A DNA stretch of 63,862 nucleotides, filler included, from Rhabdomonas costata (Eukaryota): assembly GCA_019059605.1 (NCBI GenBank). It is 44 parts of 44 records of this genome, joined end to end, with 100 filler letters (N's around TTAATTAATTAA, not from the genome) between each part and the next. Parts side by side here need not be neighbours in the genome. Positions count along the whole stretch, not along the records: positions 1 to 1,355 come from JAHMHO010018404.1; positions 1,456 to 2,810 come from JAHMHO010018405.1; positions 2,911 to 4,265 come from JAHMHO010018406.1; positions 4,366 to 5,720 come from JAHMHO010018407.1; positions 5,821 to 7,175 come from JAHMHO010018408.1; positions 7,276 to 8,630 come from JAHMHO010018409.1; positions 8,731 to 10,082 come from JAHMHO010018410.1; positions 10,183 to 11,537 come from JAHMHO010018411.1; 36 more parts are not named here. The stretch is one strand, 5' to 3'. The notes beneath the pieces are model-generated. The model saw nothing but the letters and a program-made list of their open reading frames with translations, made no database searches and had not been told where the DNA came from. Positions 1-13,088 of the stretch are shown one piece after another; within the stretch, counting starts at the first letter, position 1, and each line of letters opens with the position of its first letter. The translations under genes were made by a program, and so were the position numbers.

Positions 1-279
1 TTTGTGGGGGTGTGCCGCAGCGGCACACCCCCGCAAGAAAATGTTGACGTACTTGCCGCGCCACCCACGCAAATCAGATGGCAAAGATGTGTCTGTGTCT
101 GAGCCCATGTGGTACGCGATGGCGTGGCCAAGAAACAAGAAAGGGATGGACGCAAAGTTCGAAATGGGCAGGTTCTGCACGGCAGAATTTATCCAATCAA
201 CGTCCAACAGCTGCTCCTCCTTCTTCCCTCCGAGCTTTTGGAAACTGCCGGTGAAATGTGGCCCGCCACTGGTGTGAAC
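1..279 (-). CDS. Putative exon, unknown protein
   Basis: Pyrimidine tract plus CAG acceptor at 280, then an open frame VHTSGGPHFTGSFQKLGGKKEEQLLDVDWINSAVQNLP... to the contig end. No family recognised. Confidence 0.4.
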
Positions 280-599
280 CTGTAAAAGGGACACGCAGTC
301 AGGCTCAACCTTTGAGAGGTCTTGCGCTGTTAGGGGACTCAGCGTGTGAAATGTGAGTTTCCATCGCCCGAGATCGGTGGAGAGTTTCCCTCTCTCGTCT
401 TTTTTACCTCTCTCGACAGATCCCTAAAAATTCCACTCAAGCATGCCTACGCCAGCCAAGCGCTTAGGCTCAAAAAAACCCCTCCTATTTACGGCATGCT
501 TACATTGAGTAGGGGTCATCACTTCAGAGAAAGTAAGAGAAGAAAAGTAGGAGTGCTCCGACCTGCCGGTTGACATTCGAGAGCTCACGGTTCACGGGG

Positions 600-891
600 C
601 GCCGCCGAGCATTTCATGTCATCGCGCTCAGCCTGGACTGCACGGAGTCCTTCCGCGGACACACCTGGGAGTCTTCCTTTCGTTTCGTGGTGTGGTTGCG
701 ACCGGAATGGGGATGGACCAGCTTCATCGATGGGAGCACTCACTGCCGACCTCGCAGTTTTTGCTCGACAGAGGCGGGGACCTGCCGGCGACTGCAGGAA
801 GGCTGGCGCCCTCATCCGCGATATCACTCTCTTCAGGGTCGGCTTTTTCGCACTCACGGAAGTCTTCTTCGTAGCCAAACAACTTCCGTGA
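600..891 (+). pseudogene. Possible frameshifted MATH-domain remnant
   Basis: One frame gives ...SSFRFVVWLRPEWGWTSFI and another gives ...GALIRDITLFRVGF. Together they weakly resemble the MATH WGW..FI and GFL.DD.L.IRV motifs. Confidence 0.25.
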
Positions 892-1599
892 GGTGGACCC
901 GGGACTCCTTTTTTGAGGGTTGGCGAAACAATGAGGCAAAAGCTCCGCGGCACACCGAGGAAGAAGCACAAGCCATCCAACATACAGCAGCAAAAGACAA
1001 ACAGAAATGGCGGTATATATGCGAAGCATACCCCAGTATAAGCACGCCAATGGACGGAACACAATGACCGGACTGTGAGAGAGCGGTGAGGTTTCCGCTG
1101 ACCTCAGAAGCAAGTTCAGAGTGGTACATCAGATGCTCCAGCACACAGGCAAACTGTCAACTTGAGTTTGCGCACTGAGATCTGCGCTCAGTAGACAGTT
1201 GCCATGTATACGGGTTGTGGTTTTCAGTCTTGGATACACCTTTAATATCCCTGCTTCTCACCAGGAGAAAGCCCCGAACGGACTTACCTGCTTCCAATCG
1301 GAGTGCATGAAATGACGCCTCTAAAGGACAAGGTCAGCGGAAACCCACCCCACCCNNNNNNNNNNNNNNNNNNNNNNNNNNNNNNNNNNNNNNNNNNNNT
1401 TAATTAATTAANNNNNNNNNNNNNNNNNNNNNNNNNNNNNNNNNNNNNNNNNNNNGTGTTGGGTGTGGGTGGGGTTGTTTGTACTCAGTGTTGTGGGTTG
1501 TATTTGGATGCAAAGTTGCCGCGGAGATGGTGGCGTTTTTTTTGGGGGGGGGGGCAGTAACCTATTTTTGCCGAGTCTCTTTTTGGACGGTTTTTGCAG

Positions 1600-2645
1600 G
1601 TTGTGATGCTCCGTCGGTTGCACCATGACCATGTAGTTGACCTCTACGACATTGCGCCTGGGGGGCACTGCTTTCCTTCATGCAACTGCATGGTGATGGA
1701 GAAGCTGCTGTGCTCGCTACAGCTCTTGGTCGACGTCCATGGCGCCTTTCCACACGATCTTCTTCCGAAGTATTTAAGACAAGTCTTGTCCGGGCTGAGC
1801 TACCTTCACGAGCAAGGTTCCTTCGCTTGATGTTTGATTTTGTTTGAGATGAGCCTTCTGGATCGCATCATTACCTCAAAAGGAACCAATGACACTTGAA
1901 ACATTAGGTGAAGTGCTGGGTGACCCTAATTGAATTTGTAAACCAACGAAAATGTCAAAAAAAAACTTTCCATCCCTTTTCGCATACGCAAACGCAAACA
2001 AACACACAACACTTTTCAAGAAAAAATATCCCATGCAAAACGCCCAGCAAAACAGTTTTTTGGTCGGAAATGTTGACATGGGGCTCTCAAAACACGTTCA
2101 GATCAAATTATCGCTAAATTTTGTGCATTTTTTGCCCTCGCGGTTCCGCTTTTCCACGTCTTTCAGGTATTGTTCACCATGATCTCAAGCCAGGAAACAT
2201 TCTAGTTTCTCCCTCCGGTACTCTAAAGCTGGCGGACTTTGGGATTTCCCGAATTCAGAGCGCCGATGGCTCCGACGGGCGGACCGATTTGCGGGGCTCC
2301 CCTCCGTACATGCCCCCAGACTTTGACCAGGCTTCGGGGGCAACCTTTGCATATGATGTGTGGAGCTTTGGAGTGGTGGTTGTTGTTCTGGGAACGGGGA
2401 AGCTCCCGGAGTACTTCTCGAGCACCATCCCGCATGACGAGCATTGGTCTCGGGTGCGTAAAGTGACTGCAGGGGATGTGCTGACGGACGGTGCGAGGGC
2501 AGCGCTTGGCACTGGGGTTGCGGGGCTTGCTGAGCGATGTTTGAGGTGTGAAGCCAGTCTTCGACCAAGTTGCTCAGAGCTGCTGGATTTCCCTGATCTT
2601 CAGCCAAGTATGTGCCAAAAAAACGGCCTTCCCGTGAGTGCATAG
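1600..2645 (+). CDS. Ser/Thr protein kinase, last two exons (1600-1816, 2167-2645)
   Basis: [13 protein letters not shown]...VMEKL...[15 protein letters not shown] joins through a GT-AG intron (1817-2166) to [14 protein letters not shown]...LKLADFG...GSPPYMPP...DVWSFG...RPS. Ends in TAG. Confidence 0.93.
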
Positions 2646-4100
2646 GAAGTGCGTTCCCGAGATCAAGGTTGTCGTGCGCATAAAGCTGCACTCCTACACT
2701 TCCGCCTTCTTACTCGGGGCACGGGACACACACGATCATTCTGGGACGAGCATGAGTTGAGGAAGCACAGATAAATTAGCAAATACAATTAAAACTCTCC
2801 CACAAAACCCNNNNNNNNNNNNNNNNNNNNNNNNNNNNNNNNNNNNNNNNNNNNTTAATTAATTAANNNNNNNNNNNNNNNNNNNNNNNNNNNNNNNNNN
2901 NNNNNNNNNNTTTTGGTTTTCGTGATTTATGTGGGATTGGTTTCTACTTTTTATTAGATGGCCATTGAAAGTGAGGCTCTGCGCGGCATGTCTGACTCGT
3001 TGTCGTGAGGAGCAGCTCTGCAAACTCTTGTGGTGTAGCTCTTGTGCAAGATGATTTCACTGGGATAAGTGGTGGCTTCCTGCTTTCGCAGCCCTTTTTT
3101 TAGGATTGGGGTCTGAGACGCATAACAGAGGAGCTTTTTTCCATTTGAAGTGGGACCTTCCTCGTCATGTTTCGTTCTGTTTCGTTGTGCTTCCCAGCTG
3201 TTATTAATTTTTTGTATTACTGTGCATTATCTAACGAGTATTGCTCGTGTAAAATGGCTTCCATCTTTTATGGTGCTCAAAGGTGAGTGCACAGGAACGC
3301 GGTCTGCTTTTTTCATCATTTTCTTGCCCTCTGCTGATGAGCACTTTTGAGCACAGTTTTAGGATTCATCACTTCCAGGTACACTTCGCATTTGTGGTGG
3401 ACGTGGTGTTTTAGCCTCTTTGCATTCGAAGGAGCTTGCAAAGGGGTAGTATTGTATCTATCTGCCCGTGTGGTAACCGCGGGCATTCGGGATCACCCCA
3501 ATGGTTGTGACAGTATAGAACGACAGAATGAGAGACTCAGAGAAGTGAAAAAAGACAGTTGTGCGCATAATATGCCCCATAAGAAGTTCTTGATGTTCTT
3601 ATTGTCCACTGCCGATACCCAAAAGGTCGCGATGTCGAGCTAAGCTTTCGAAGCCCTGAGAAGAGAAGCCTGTTGCATTTCGAGTGGATTACTAAAATCA
3701 TTTCGTGAATCACAGACACACCTGCCAGGCATGAAACACGTTAGTTTTTTGTTTCGCTCCTCGATTTGTACACTCTTTACACACCACTCTTTACTACATG
3801 CCAGCTTTGAAACCCCGCACCATCGCTTACTCAAGCAGCAAAACGAGAATGGACACGCCAACATTGGCGCTAGAGAAGAAAAGGGGAAACGACGACCTCA
3901 CTGCTTTTCACCCCGCGTCCAGTATGTTTGGCCCGTCTTGTTCCCGACCTGGTGTCCTGTTTAACTCGCCCCGAACTATCTGCTCGCGTATTTGTGGTGC
4001 GGCCAGGTTTTTCCGAGAAAAAAGGCGCCGCTCCCCAAGGTGGTCCTTGGTGTCTCAACGCGTTGAACCAAATCTTGAAGGACCTCTTTTGTGTGCTTGC

Positions 4101-4265
4101 GGTTCTCAACACCAAGCGAGTATGCAATTAGAGGCCGTTTCTTTTCCGCTAGCCCCCGCTAGGATAGGTCCGCCCGTTTCCGGTAAAAGCACAGAGAAAA
4201 AGGGCCGATTATACCGCTTTTCATGAAACGCCCTCTAATTGCATACTCGCTTGGCGTTGAGAACC
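4101..4265. repeat. 41-bp inverted repeat (4101-4141 / 4225-4265), MITE-like
   Basis: GGTTCTCAACACCAAGCGAGTATGCAATTAGAGGCCGTTTC and its reverse complement differ at 2 positions, with an 83-nt spacer. Confidence 0.9.
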
Positions 4266-7200
4266 NNNNNNNNNNNNNNNNNNNNNNNNNNNNNNNNNNN
4301 NNNNNNNNNTTAATTAATTAANNNNNNNNNNNNNNNNNNNNNNNNNNNNNNNNNNNNNNNNNNNNGGTTGAGCATCTGCGGGGCCCGTGGGGGCCAGACT
4401 TGTTTGAGACTTATCTGTCGAGCTCCAACTTCGCGTCGAGCGGCAGAAAAGAATGGGAAGGCCTGTCTGGCTGACCTGTTATTCCCCAGCATCACGCTGT
4501 AAAAGTACTTTTATGCATGTGCCTGTGTGTCTTTGGCCAATGCCATAGTCGGTTCCGATTTGAGGGAGCATTGCTGAATCGGGAGGTCTGGCCGGGTAAT
4601 GGGTATGGCTTTGGGGAGGGCGGGCGTTAAACGGAATTGTGTCATTGTGTCGACGAAGTGCGAAACTAAACCAAGGAGGCCCGACTTCTCACCTGGGCAC
4701 TGGAGTGCTTCAGTTTAACTTATATCGCCACGTAGTATTGAAATCTCACCCCAGGCAACGTCTCCGTCTCAGCCGCCCGCTCCGGCTGCGCGGAGGGTTG
4801 GTTCCGCCCTGTCCTTTTTGTTGGCTACAGCCCACCAAGAAATGAGTTCCCACCGGCAATAATCACCACCGTGAAATTCAACGGAAAGGCAAAAATGGTT
4901 TTCATTTACTGCCCCACAACTGTATAAAGCTGTTGTACCGAAAACGCCATCATATCCTATAACGGCGTAATGCCGTTTGATGCCCCTCCCCCCCCCAAAA
5001 AAAATAGACGAGACCGGAGTTATGCCCGTCTCCCGCGCGGTCATTGCCAACACCTCGGCCGTTCAATTAAAGGCAGAGAACGGGAGGATCCATCCCATCA
5101 AAGTTTTCTTATTGGAGGGCGGCGTAAGGCTCCAAACAAACACGCAGCAAGTCCGACTTCTACCGCTCCACATTTCCTTGAATAGCGTTGACACTCGAGT
5201 CGCATTCATTGCTCAGGGGCTTCATTATTTTAACTGGGAGGTGTGTGCGCTTGACTGCTCTGCTCGTTTTCATTCAAATGCGCCTGATGGCCCACTGAGT
5301 AAAGAGCAAAGCTGAGCAACACTTTGTTGAATGGATATGCCGTTGAAGTTGGTTCTCTTGGGGGACTCTTCAGGTGCTAGGTGATTTCGCTACTTTGACC
5401 CTTTGGGCGCATAATCTGGTTGTTGTCCGGTTGGGAGCTCGTGAGGTACGGCTCTTTCTCTTCAGTCAGCCTCACAGCTACACCGGAAATGGTCTGAAAC
5501 TCTTCGGTTTGTCTTCCGTGGAAGCTCCCTTAAAGGCTTTCTGTGGGTCCTTTTGCCGCATACGTAACATTCTTCCAGCATGCCTTCCGAGAAGAGAAAG
5601 AACTGAAAGAACTGTGAGATGGCCAACCGTATGCCTTGCCTACACATCGGGGCGCCAGCGACAATGGTTTCTCATTTGCCAGCGCTTTTTCATTCCTGTT
5701 TCCGTGTCCTCCACCACACCNNNNNNNNNNNNNNNNNNNNNNNNNNNNNNNNNNNNNNNNNNNNTTAATTAATTAANNNNNNNNNNNNNNNNNNNNNNNN
5801 NNNNNNNNNNNNNNNNNNNNGTTGGTTGGGGGTTTCAAGAAACGCCTCATATTAACTAACAGGAATGAAAAAATTAGCAACTTAACCCACATGAATGTCG
5901 TTACCAGGTCGTCAGGTGGAATGGAATGGAAGGCACCCCCTACCGTTCACTGGACGTGGACGACTTCTCCATCACAGCGGCAACACCCAATCGTTTATTG
6001 CAGTCCAGCACAAGAGTCAAACGCAGGCAGTCTGATGCAAAGGGAAGAGCATGTATCTCAAAATCCCGTCGCTATCTCCCCCCACAGACTTGCCCCAAAG
6101 CAAGACAGGCCTGCCAAACGGAAAAGGAGGCACAACAGGCAGGGCCGTGGGCTGCCGCAGGAAGCCAAAAGCAGAGAGATAAATGAGTAGGACAAGGCGC
6201 GTAAGGAACTGAAGGACGAGGTCGGGTCTGGATCCCGAAATGAACGTGGCGGAAGGTGAAGAAACGTGTCCTCTGCGTTTCGACCCACAGTGGAAGTGGG
6301 TGAGACATCGGGGTGCGCAAGGGCCTGACGGCAATGGGCTTCGCTGGTACAGGGCATGGGTGTGGTGAGGAGGTAAGTGAGGGTGTAACTAATGGAAAGA
6401 AGCAAAGAAGCTGGAAACGGATTTAAAATTCTCATTCAAGGCTGAGAAGAGTTCCAGGTACCAAGGGAAACGAAATCTCAGAAGGCCGAGATCAATCTAA
6501 AGGGTCACTGAGAAGGAAAACGCAGGGCCACCCGGTCGCACAACTAACTCCCCAAAGCAAAGTCTCACACCGTCAGCCACCGTATCGCAGACACATACAC
6601 AAAACACAAACATACGCATACAAGAGCCTCTTCATTCCTACCACAAACTTTTTGGGAAGGGGCGCAATATATACCAAAAAGCAGTTCTTCGGAGGATACA
6701 ACAAGCAGGAACGTCCCGAACCCAAAAAACCCAAAGGACCGACCGACGGGTGAGCAACTTTCGACGCCACCAACGAGCCCCCGTCCCAAAAAGAGTGTGC
6801 GTGGGGAGCATTACCACACGCACACCCCTGCCGACCTTGGGCCAGCGAAGGCCCACAAACAAAGCCCCACTAGCAGACCGGCTAAGAAAACCCCCACAAG
6901 GACTGCGAGGGGTAAGGGGTCACCCTTTCCACCCGTAAAAAAGGCGCTGATCACTTCCACAACCAGAGCGGTGAGGTCCGTGGCCGCGGCAAGAGGTCCG
7001 GGTCCTGTTTCAGTGCCCTCGAGTAGGGCCCCTCCGGCGAGACTGCTTCCGCAGCAATACACTTCAAAGCCACGGAACTTACCTGTTGGAAAGGCGAAAG
7101 CTTACCTCCATCAACAGCCAAGCGCTTGCAAGCGAGCTTAAGAAGCACAAAAAGAAGATGGTTTGTTTTTCGAAANNNNNNNNNNNNNNNNNNNNNNNNN

Positions 7201-7299
7201 NNNNNNNNNNNNNNNNNNNTTAATTAATTAANNNNNNNNNNNNNNNNNNNNNNNNNNNNNNNNNNNNNNNNNNNNTTTTTGGGGTAACACGCGGACTGG

Positions 7300-8031
7300 G
7301 ACGCCCTCACGGCATTGTGGTCCCTGGGATTGTGCCGGTATTTCGGCCCGAGTTTTGCTCCCGGACTGCCCCGGGAGAATCACAAGGAAGCATACGCCTT
7401 GTTCCGTAGGGCGGCGGAGCTGGGCCACGTCGGTGCTCGATTCCACTTGGGGCTAAGTTTCGAGTAAGGCTGTGGCGTGGAGAGGGACCTGCCGAAGGCC
7501 GTGGAGTGGTACGTCGCGGCCGCAGCCCAAGGTTACGCCCCGGCACAGTTCCAAAATGGGTTTTAAGTACAGCACCGGCGACGGGGTGGAAAAGAACCTG
7601 ACAAAGGCGGCGGAGTGGTACCGCATGGCCGCAGATCAGGACCACGCCGTCGCACAGCGTAATCTTGGAGTGGCCATCAGCAAGGGCGAAGGCATGGCAA
7701 TCGATTTGGTTGCTGCCGCGAGATGGTTCCGCAAGGCCGCAGAGCAGGGCTACGCCCAGGCACAGGTGAACCTGGGGATCAGCCTCGAGTACGGCCGCGG
7801 GGTGGAAAAGAACCTGCCGGAGGCCGTTGAGTGGTACCGCAGGGCGGCAGAGCAGGGACAGGCGGACGGGCAGTTCTATTGGGGCAGTGCTACTATTTGG
7901 GCTGCGGGGTGGAAAAGAACCTGAGGCAGGCCGTGGAGTGGTACCGCAAGGCGGCAGATCAGGGGCATACGGAAGCCGAAGATGCGCTCAGGTCTCTGCA
8001 ATTATGGCCCACGCTGATGTTTGGCTTCTAG
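7300..8031 (+). pseudogene. Intronless Sel1-like repeat protein, disrupted
   Basis: About 5-6 repeats of the type AQ.NLG..Y..G.GVEKNL..AVEWYRKAAEQG. In-frame TAA at 7465-7467 where a later repeat has TAC, an extra base near 7551 and a missing base near 7880. Confidence 0.9.
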
Positions 8032-9396
8032 AGTGGCTACCTGTGGGCTTTCCTCTCCTCTCATCTTAACTATTCTCGGGAATAAGGTTGGATTACGGTG
8101 TAATGCTGACATTCGTAGGTCAGTGGGTGAAGGGGGTGCTGGACATGAGCCACGTGGCACATACCGTGCAGAAGGACGACAGCCCTCGCCGGGCATGCTG
8201 AACCTTTCTCCTCCCCCGGTATGGACCCCTCCATTTTTCTCACGGACGGCCAGCGTATATATACGCTGTCCCATAGAATATATATGTGTGTACATAACGG
8301 TATACGGCTAAAAAGTGCCCCTGGGGTCCAATTTCTGAGCAAGTTGTTTAATGGGTTTTCTTGATAATGTGGCGACTCTTTTTTTCTGGACCTTGCGGAC
8401 GCAAAGGATGAGTTAGTAGAGGACTTCAACTGAGCAGCGGAGCCCCGCGGGGTTGCGAAGACGGTTACCGACCGGACGCTGAGATTTGAACGATTCTTTA
8501 TTATGACCGCTTTTGCAGATCGACGATTCCAGGTTGCGCCCATACTGGGTGTCCGAACGCGGCCGCGACGGGATCTCCTTTCTGCGCGTCGCACAGCTGA
8601 CGGTTACTTTGATACCTTGCCACCCACCCCNNNNNNNNNNNNNNNNNNNNNNNNNNNNNNNNNNNNNNNNNNNNTTAATTAATTAANNNNNNNNNNNNNN
8701 NNNNNNNNNNNNNNNNNNNNNNNNNNNNNNTTTGTTTGGTCCCCAAATTACAGGCTTCTGTGTGGGTGGCCGGGGCTCCCTGCCCCGGTGCTGTGGAGAG
8801 TGGGAGTTATCTGTGTGCTGTGGCTGCTGACTTGGCTGGCTGTCTTTCGGGTATGTCCCCTTACCTCCTGCGGTCCGATGCTCCTGCGGGCTGGGGTCAG
8901 AGATACCTAGTTCAGAGCTGTGAATCGCTGCACTGCTGCACTGGAAAGGTGTTGTGCAAACGCCAGCGTCAACTTTTGGGTGAAAAGCTTGGTCAGTTGG
9001 CTCAGACTGCCCTTGAACGAATCCACAGTGCCCGTAAGCCTGACAAATGATGTGTTTGCGCTGTCAGCTGCTGCCAGTGTGTGGGTTTCGCCCATTTGGT
9101 TTGCGTGTGTCCGTGCGAAGCCGAGTGTGCACGTCTCGCTGTTGGCTCCATCTCTTTGGCCCTTCATTTTTTTTTCGGGTTTTCCAGATGCAAACAACTG
9201 CGAGAAAGTATTTACGCGGTTCAGCGGAAAGGCGCAGGTGGCAGTTATGTGAGCCACCGTAGCGCCTTTCCCCCACATCGCGTAAATACTTTGTCGCATT
9301 CTCGCAGTCTTTCCCACACACACCTCGGACGCCGCTCCCCAGCGCTTGTGGTAAAACGAAAAGGTGTACCCGCAGCCAACCTTGCCCTCTGCCGGG

Positions 9397-9767
9397 ATGG
9401 ACGTGGGCAGCACCGAACAGCACCTCCACGAGCTGTGCGAGGTGCCCGCCCCAGACGTCTTCCTGGTGTACACCTACAAGCTGCGGTTGATGCGCCTGCT
9501 GGGCGGGCGGTGCGGGGGGGACCCCAGCTATGCCCTCCGCTCGGGCATCCTAGTGGCACTGTTCTGTGTTTTGGGGTCCCTGGGACATGGCAGCCTGCTG
9601 CTCACCGCTGCCTCGGGGGGTAGCTCGTCGTGCGGCGGTCCGGCGGCGAACTCTGCGCTGAGCCCGGCGAGCATTGGGTTGACTCTGCTGTGCAGCGTGG
9701 GGATGGCCTGTGTGGCGGCAAGCTGCAGCCCAGAAGGGCTGGCTTCGAGGGTGTGGGCCGTGTTTGG
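9397..9767 (+). CDS. Multi-pass membrane protein, probable first exon
   Basis: GC-rich frame from ATG (MDVGSTEQHL...) with two hydrophobic segments, ending at a GG|GTGAGC donor. Confidence 0.5.
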
Positions 9768-11045
9768 GTGAGCTCTTCCGTCTGTGCCGACAGAAGTGGC
9801 TGGCTGGGGGCCTCGACTTTGACGCTATTCCGGTGATGTGTGCCTAGGGTGCTTCAAGTGTACAAACGTCTGCACTGAGCGGACTCCGCTGCTTAGGCAG
9901 GCAAACCCTTGAGTGAGTGTTTATGTGAGTGGCTGCTTCATTGGTTTCGACACTGATTTGGTTTTGATCCTTCGAAGGACAAGGACGCAGGAGAGTTACT
10001 TAGCTTTGGCATGTCACTATCTGGCCGGGATCCGTCACTCCCGGGTCGGAAACAATGTTGGATTGTTCAATTCATATGCAGCNNNNNNNNNNNNNNNNNN
10101 NNNNNNNNNNNNNNNNNNNNNNNNNNTTAATTAATTAANNNNNNNNNNNNNNNNNNNNNNNNNNNNNNNNNNNNNNNNNNNNTGTTTTGGTTTTGGCGGT
10201 ACAGACCTGCACAAGAAGCGAAGAAGCAACAAGTGCGGGCGGTGAGGAATGAACATTTCCGTCGAAGAGTTTCTTCTCCTGTCCCGGAGGGGGAATTCAG
10301 CTCTGAGTCTTTCAGTAGAAAGTTGAGAAAGCTGAGAAGGTCATTTTCTTGAACGCTGCTTTCAACGGAATCGACGCAGTTTACGCCGAAAACGATGTTC
10401 GTCAAGGGGGGGGGGCTCGACCCCCGTACGTGTCGCCTTTTTGCGTAAATCGCCACCGCATCCCTTGGGAGACCATCATCCTCGGACACAAGCATCGCCA
10501 CCAAACCCCCTCCATCCCAATCTGCCCCCAACTTGCAGCACCCGTGCTCCGCGGCACCTTGGACTAGTGCTGTATATTCTAAAGGCCCAGGCCTGCTTCG
10601 GCTTCGCCCCGCTGACCTTGTTTGAGGTTCATATGTCACAGTAAAGTATTAATGAGGGATCATTACAAATATTGATCAATGGATCAGCGTCGACGTTGAC
10701 CGATTTTATTTGATGATCCATTATTTTTGTTAGTGTGGTGTGTTGAGCGCCAAGCCGAAGCCCAAGCAGGCCTGGGGTCTTTTGTATAAGCAGCAGGCCT
10801 GATCCATTATTTAAGGAAGGGGTTTCTCTTTCATTGGACCTGAGGTGGTCGTCCTGAAGAAGAAGAATGTATGTTGCTTTTGCTGCGCCCAAGGACCCAA
10901 GGACGAAATCAAGAAAAGCAAAAACAGGACTGGTGATACCACCAGACACTATTCTTTTCGAACAACGCGCCTCACTCTCATGCAATTGTTCAAGGTTCCG
11001 CGATAAGCGAAAGGAAAATGCCGGTTTCTTTTTTTCTTTTTGCAG

Positions 11046-11537
11046 GACTCCGTCCTGATCCCTATCGGGGGCTCGCTGGTGCCCTTTCATGTATGTACGC
11101 TCAAAAACGTTGCACTGGTGACGATCGGCGAATTCCCGAGCTTGCGGTTCAACTTTTGTGTCCCTGTTGGGGGTGCCGGGGCCTACGTTCCCGGAATGAT
11201 GTTCCCTGAGTCCACTTTCTTAAAGGTACAAAAAATGTCGAAGTTCTCCAGCAAATTCCCCTTCATCTCTTGTACTATCTCGTGCTCTCTGTATTTGCTG
11301 TGCTGTGGTCGACTTTTTAGTTTCACAGACTAGTTAATTCATCCCTTCCTTTTTTTTGTTTGCCGGCAAGATTTCCCGCGAAATGCAGTGGAGCGAAATA
11401 GTTATTGGGAACGATACTGTTCATTCTTTGGGTTCGCGTTTCAGGAGCTCACCTACCGCTGCCGGTCAGTGGCTACGGCAGAGAAGTGGGTCACCGAAAT
11501 CAACTCTTCCGTGAAGAGACTCCGGCAGCACGAGAGC
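11046..11537 (+). CDS. SPT16: FACT complex subunit Spt16, internal exons (11046-11225, 11445-11537)
   Basis: DSVLIPIGGSLVPFHVCTLKNV...LRFNFCVP...TFLK|ELTYR matches the Spt16 VILPI.G..VPFHI.TIKN...YLRINF...FIKELTFRS block. GT-AG intron at 11226-11444. Confidence 0.9.
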
Positions 11538-11724
11538 NNNNNNNNNNNNNNNNNNNNNNNNNNNNNNNNNNNNNNNNNNNNTTAATTAATTAANNNNNNN
11601 NNNNNNNNNNNNNNNNNNNNNNNNNNNNNNNNNNNNNGTGGGTTGGGGCAGGCAAACGCATTTTAGCATTTCATCCTTGCGTGGTGGTCTTCACTCGATC
11701 GCATGTGAGGTGGCCTGGGTCTGG

Positions 11725-11933
11725 GTTCCGGGGCGGCGGGCCCAGATCTGGCTGAGGCTTCTGCTTCTGGTGGTGCTGCCGTTCGCCTGCCTGGCCACCC
11801 TGCTGGCCCTGGCGATCACCACGGAGGTCAGCGCCAGCGTGCTCTCCGCGCACTCCAGTACGGTCACCACTCTGGTTAGCCGGGTGGCCCTGCTCAACCG
11901 CGAGCTCAGCCGAGAGTACACCTTCTCTAGCTG
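11725..11933 (+). CDS. Membrane sensor N-terminal exon (TM helix plus possible start of a NIT domain); start approximate
   Basis: IWLRLLLLVVLPFACLATLLAL is followed by ...ALLNRELSREYTFSS, resembling the NIT LVHELQ.ERG.S motif. GT donor at 11934. Confidence 0.45.
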
Positions 11934-13088
11934 GTGCTGCTGGAGAATCGGAGGGGGGGGGGTGGACTTTGGGGCAGGTGTGTTGTTTTTGGCCCAATCA
12001 TACCCCTGAACGGCTTTATTGTGTACAGTACTCGGGCGGTGCTAGTGGTTGCCAATGAGCCGTGTGTGGCAGCACACACCTCCTCTGAGCTCTCATTGCT
12101 CCCATTGCTTGATATCTTTCCTGAAGATCAGCACTGCTGCCCAAGTGCCAATGCCTTAGTGTCAGAATTGTCTGTAAACGTTGCCGTGGCATGGAGCCAA
12201 GTTTTGGGAGAAACCGGGAGAGAATCCCTCCTCTACCCCATGCTTGGCTTGGGTGTGAGCACGGTTAGAAAGCGAAATGTCCGGTCCGAATTGATAGTGG
12301 GGGGAGGAGTGACGGTTCAACAACGTTTCTCCGTTTAACGTTGTCATACGGTTTGCTTCGCCACAGAAAAACAGGCAAGAACACTCGTCTCATAACCAGA
12401 GGCCCATGGGGCCAGGCCATGGTACAGTACTGGCAGCACTTTGGTGCCGTGGCGGCGTTTGCAGTCCCCAAAAAAGTGTCGGTGGGGGTGATGGGGAAGG
12501 GATTCCGGAATACAAAGAACACAAAGGACAAGTTTGTATTGTGATCTGTGATGCACCCAGCACCGCTTCCCGAGGAGTGTTCAGGAAGCAGTCCGCCACG
12601 TCGTACTCCTCACAGCCCCTTGGTGGGGCTGACTCGCTTCAGCCACTCAGCGCTGCCCGCATGCAGCTGCCACATCGGCAGGTGCTCAGGTCGCCGCTGC
12701 AAAACCAGTCCGCGAGCTTCTACCACCAGCACAGCCAACGCACGAGCCACCCTCTTAAGTGCAATCCGAAGAGGGTGCTTGCAATGCGTGACTATAGGCC
12801 GCAGCTTCACCACCGAAGAGATTAGGCTCTTCTGCTTCACCGTCCAGTAGCACTGCGGCCGGTCCGACCCACCTGCGGGTGTCCCAGGCCAGGTTTAGGA
12901 GGTCCCAAGGGATGGTTGCTGGGCAAAGAATCGTCTCGGCGAAAGGAGTTTTCTCCCAGCAAACCAGCAAACCCACCAAACCAGAGTCNNNNNNNNNNNN
13001 NNNNNNNNNNNNNNNNNNNNNNNNNNNNNNNNTTAATTAATTAANNNNNNNNNNNNNNNNNNNNNNNNNNNNNNNNNNNNNNNNNNNN

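Noticed and set aside
2-36. Near-perfect palindrome at the window start
   Set aside because: It has a 1-nt centre and overlaps the G/T-rich contig end, so it is likely a fold-back or primer artefact.
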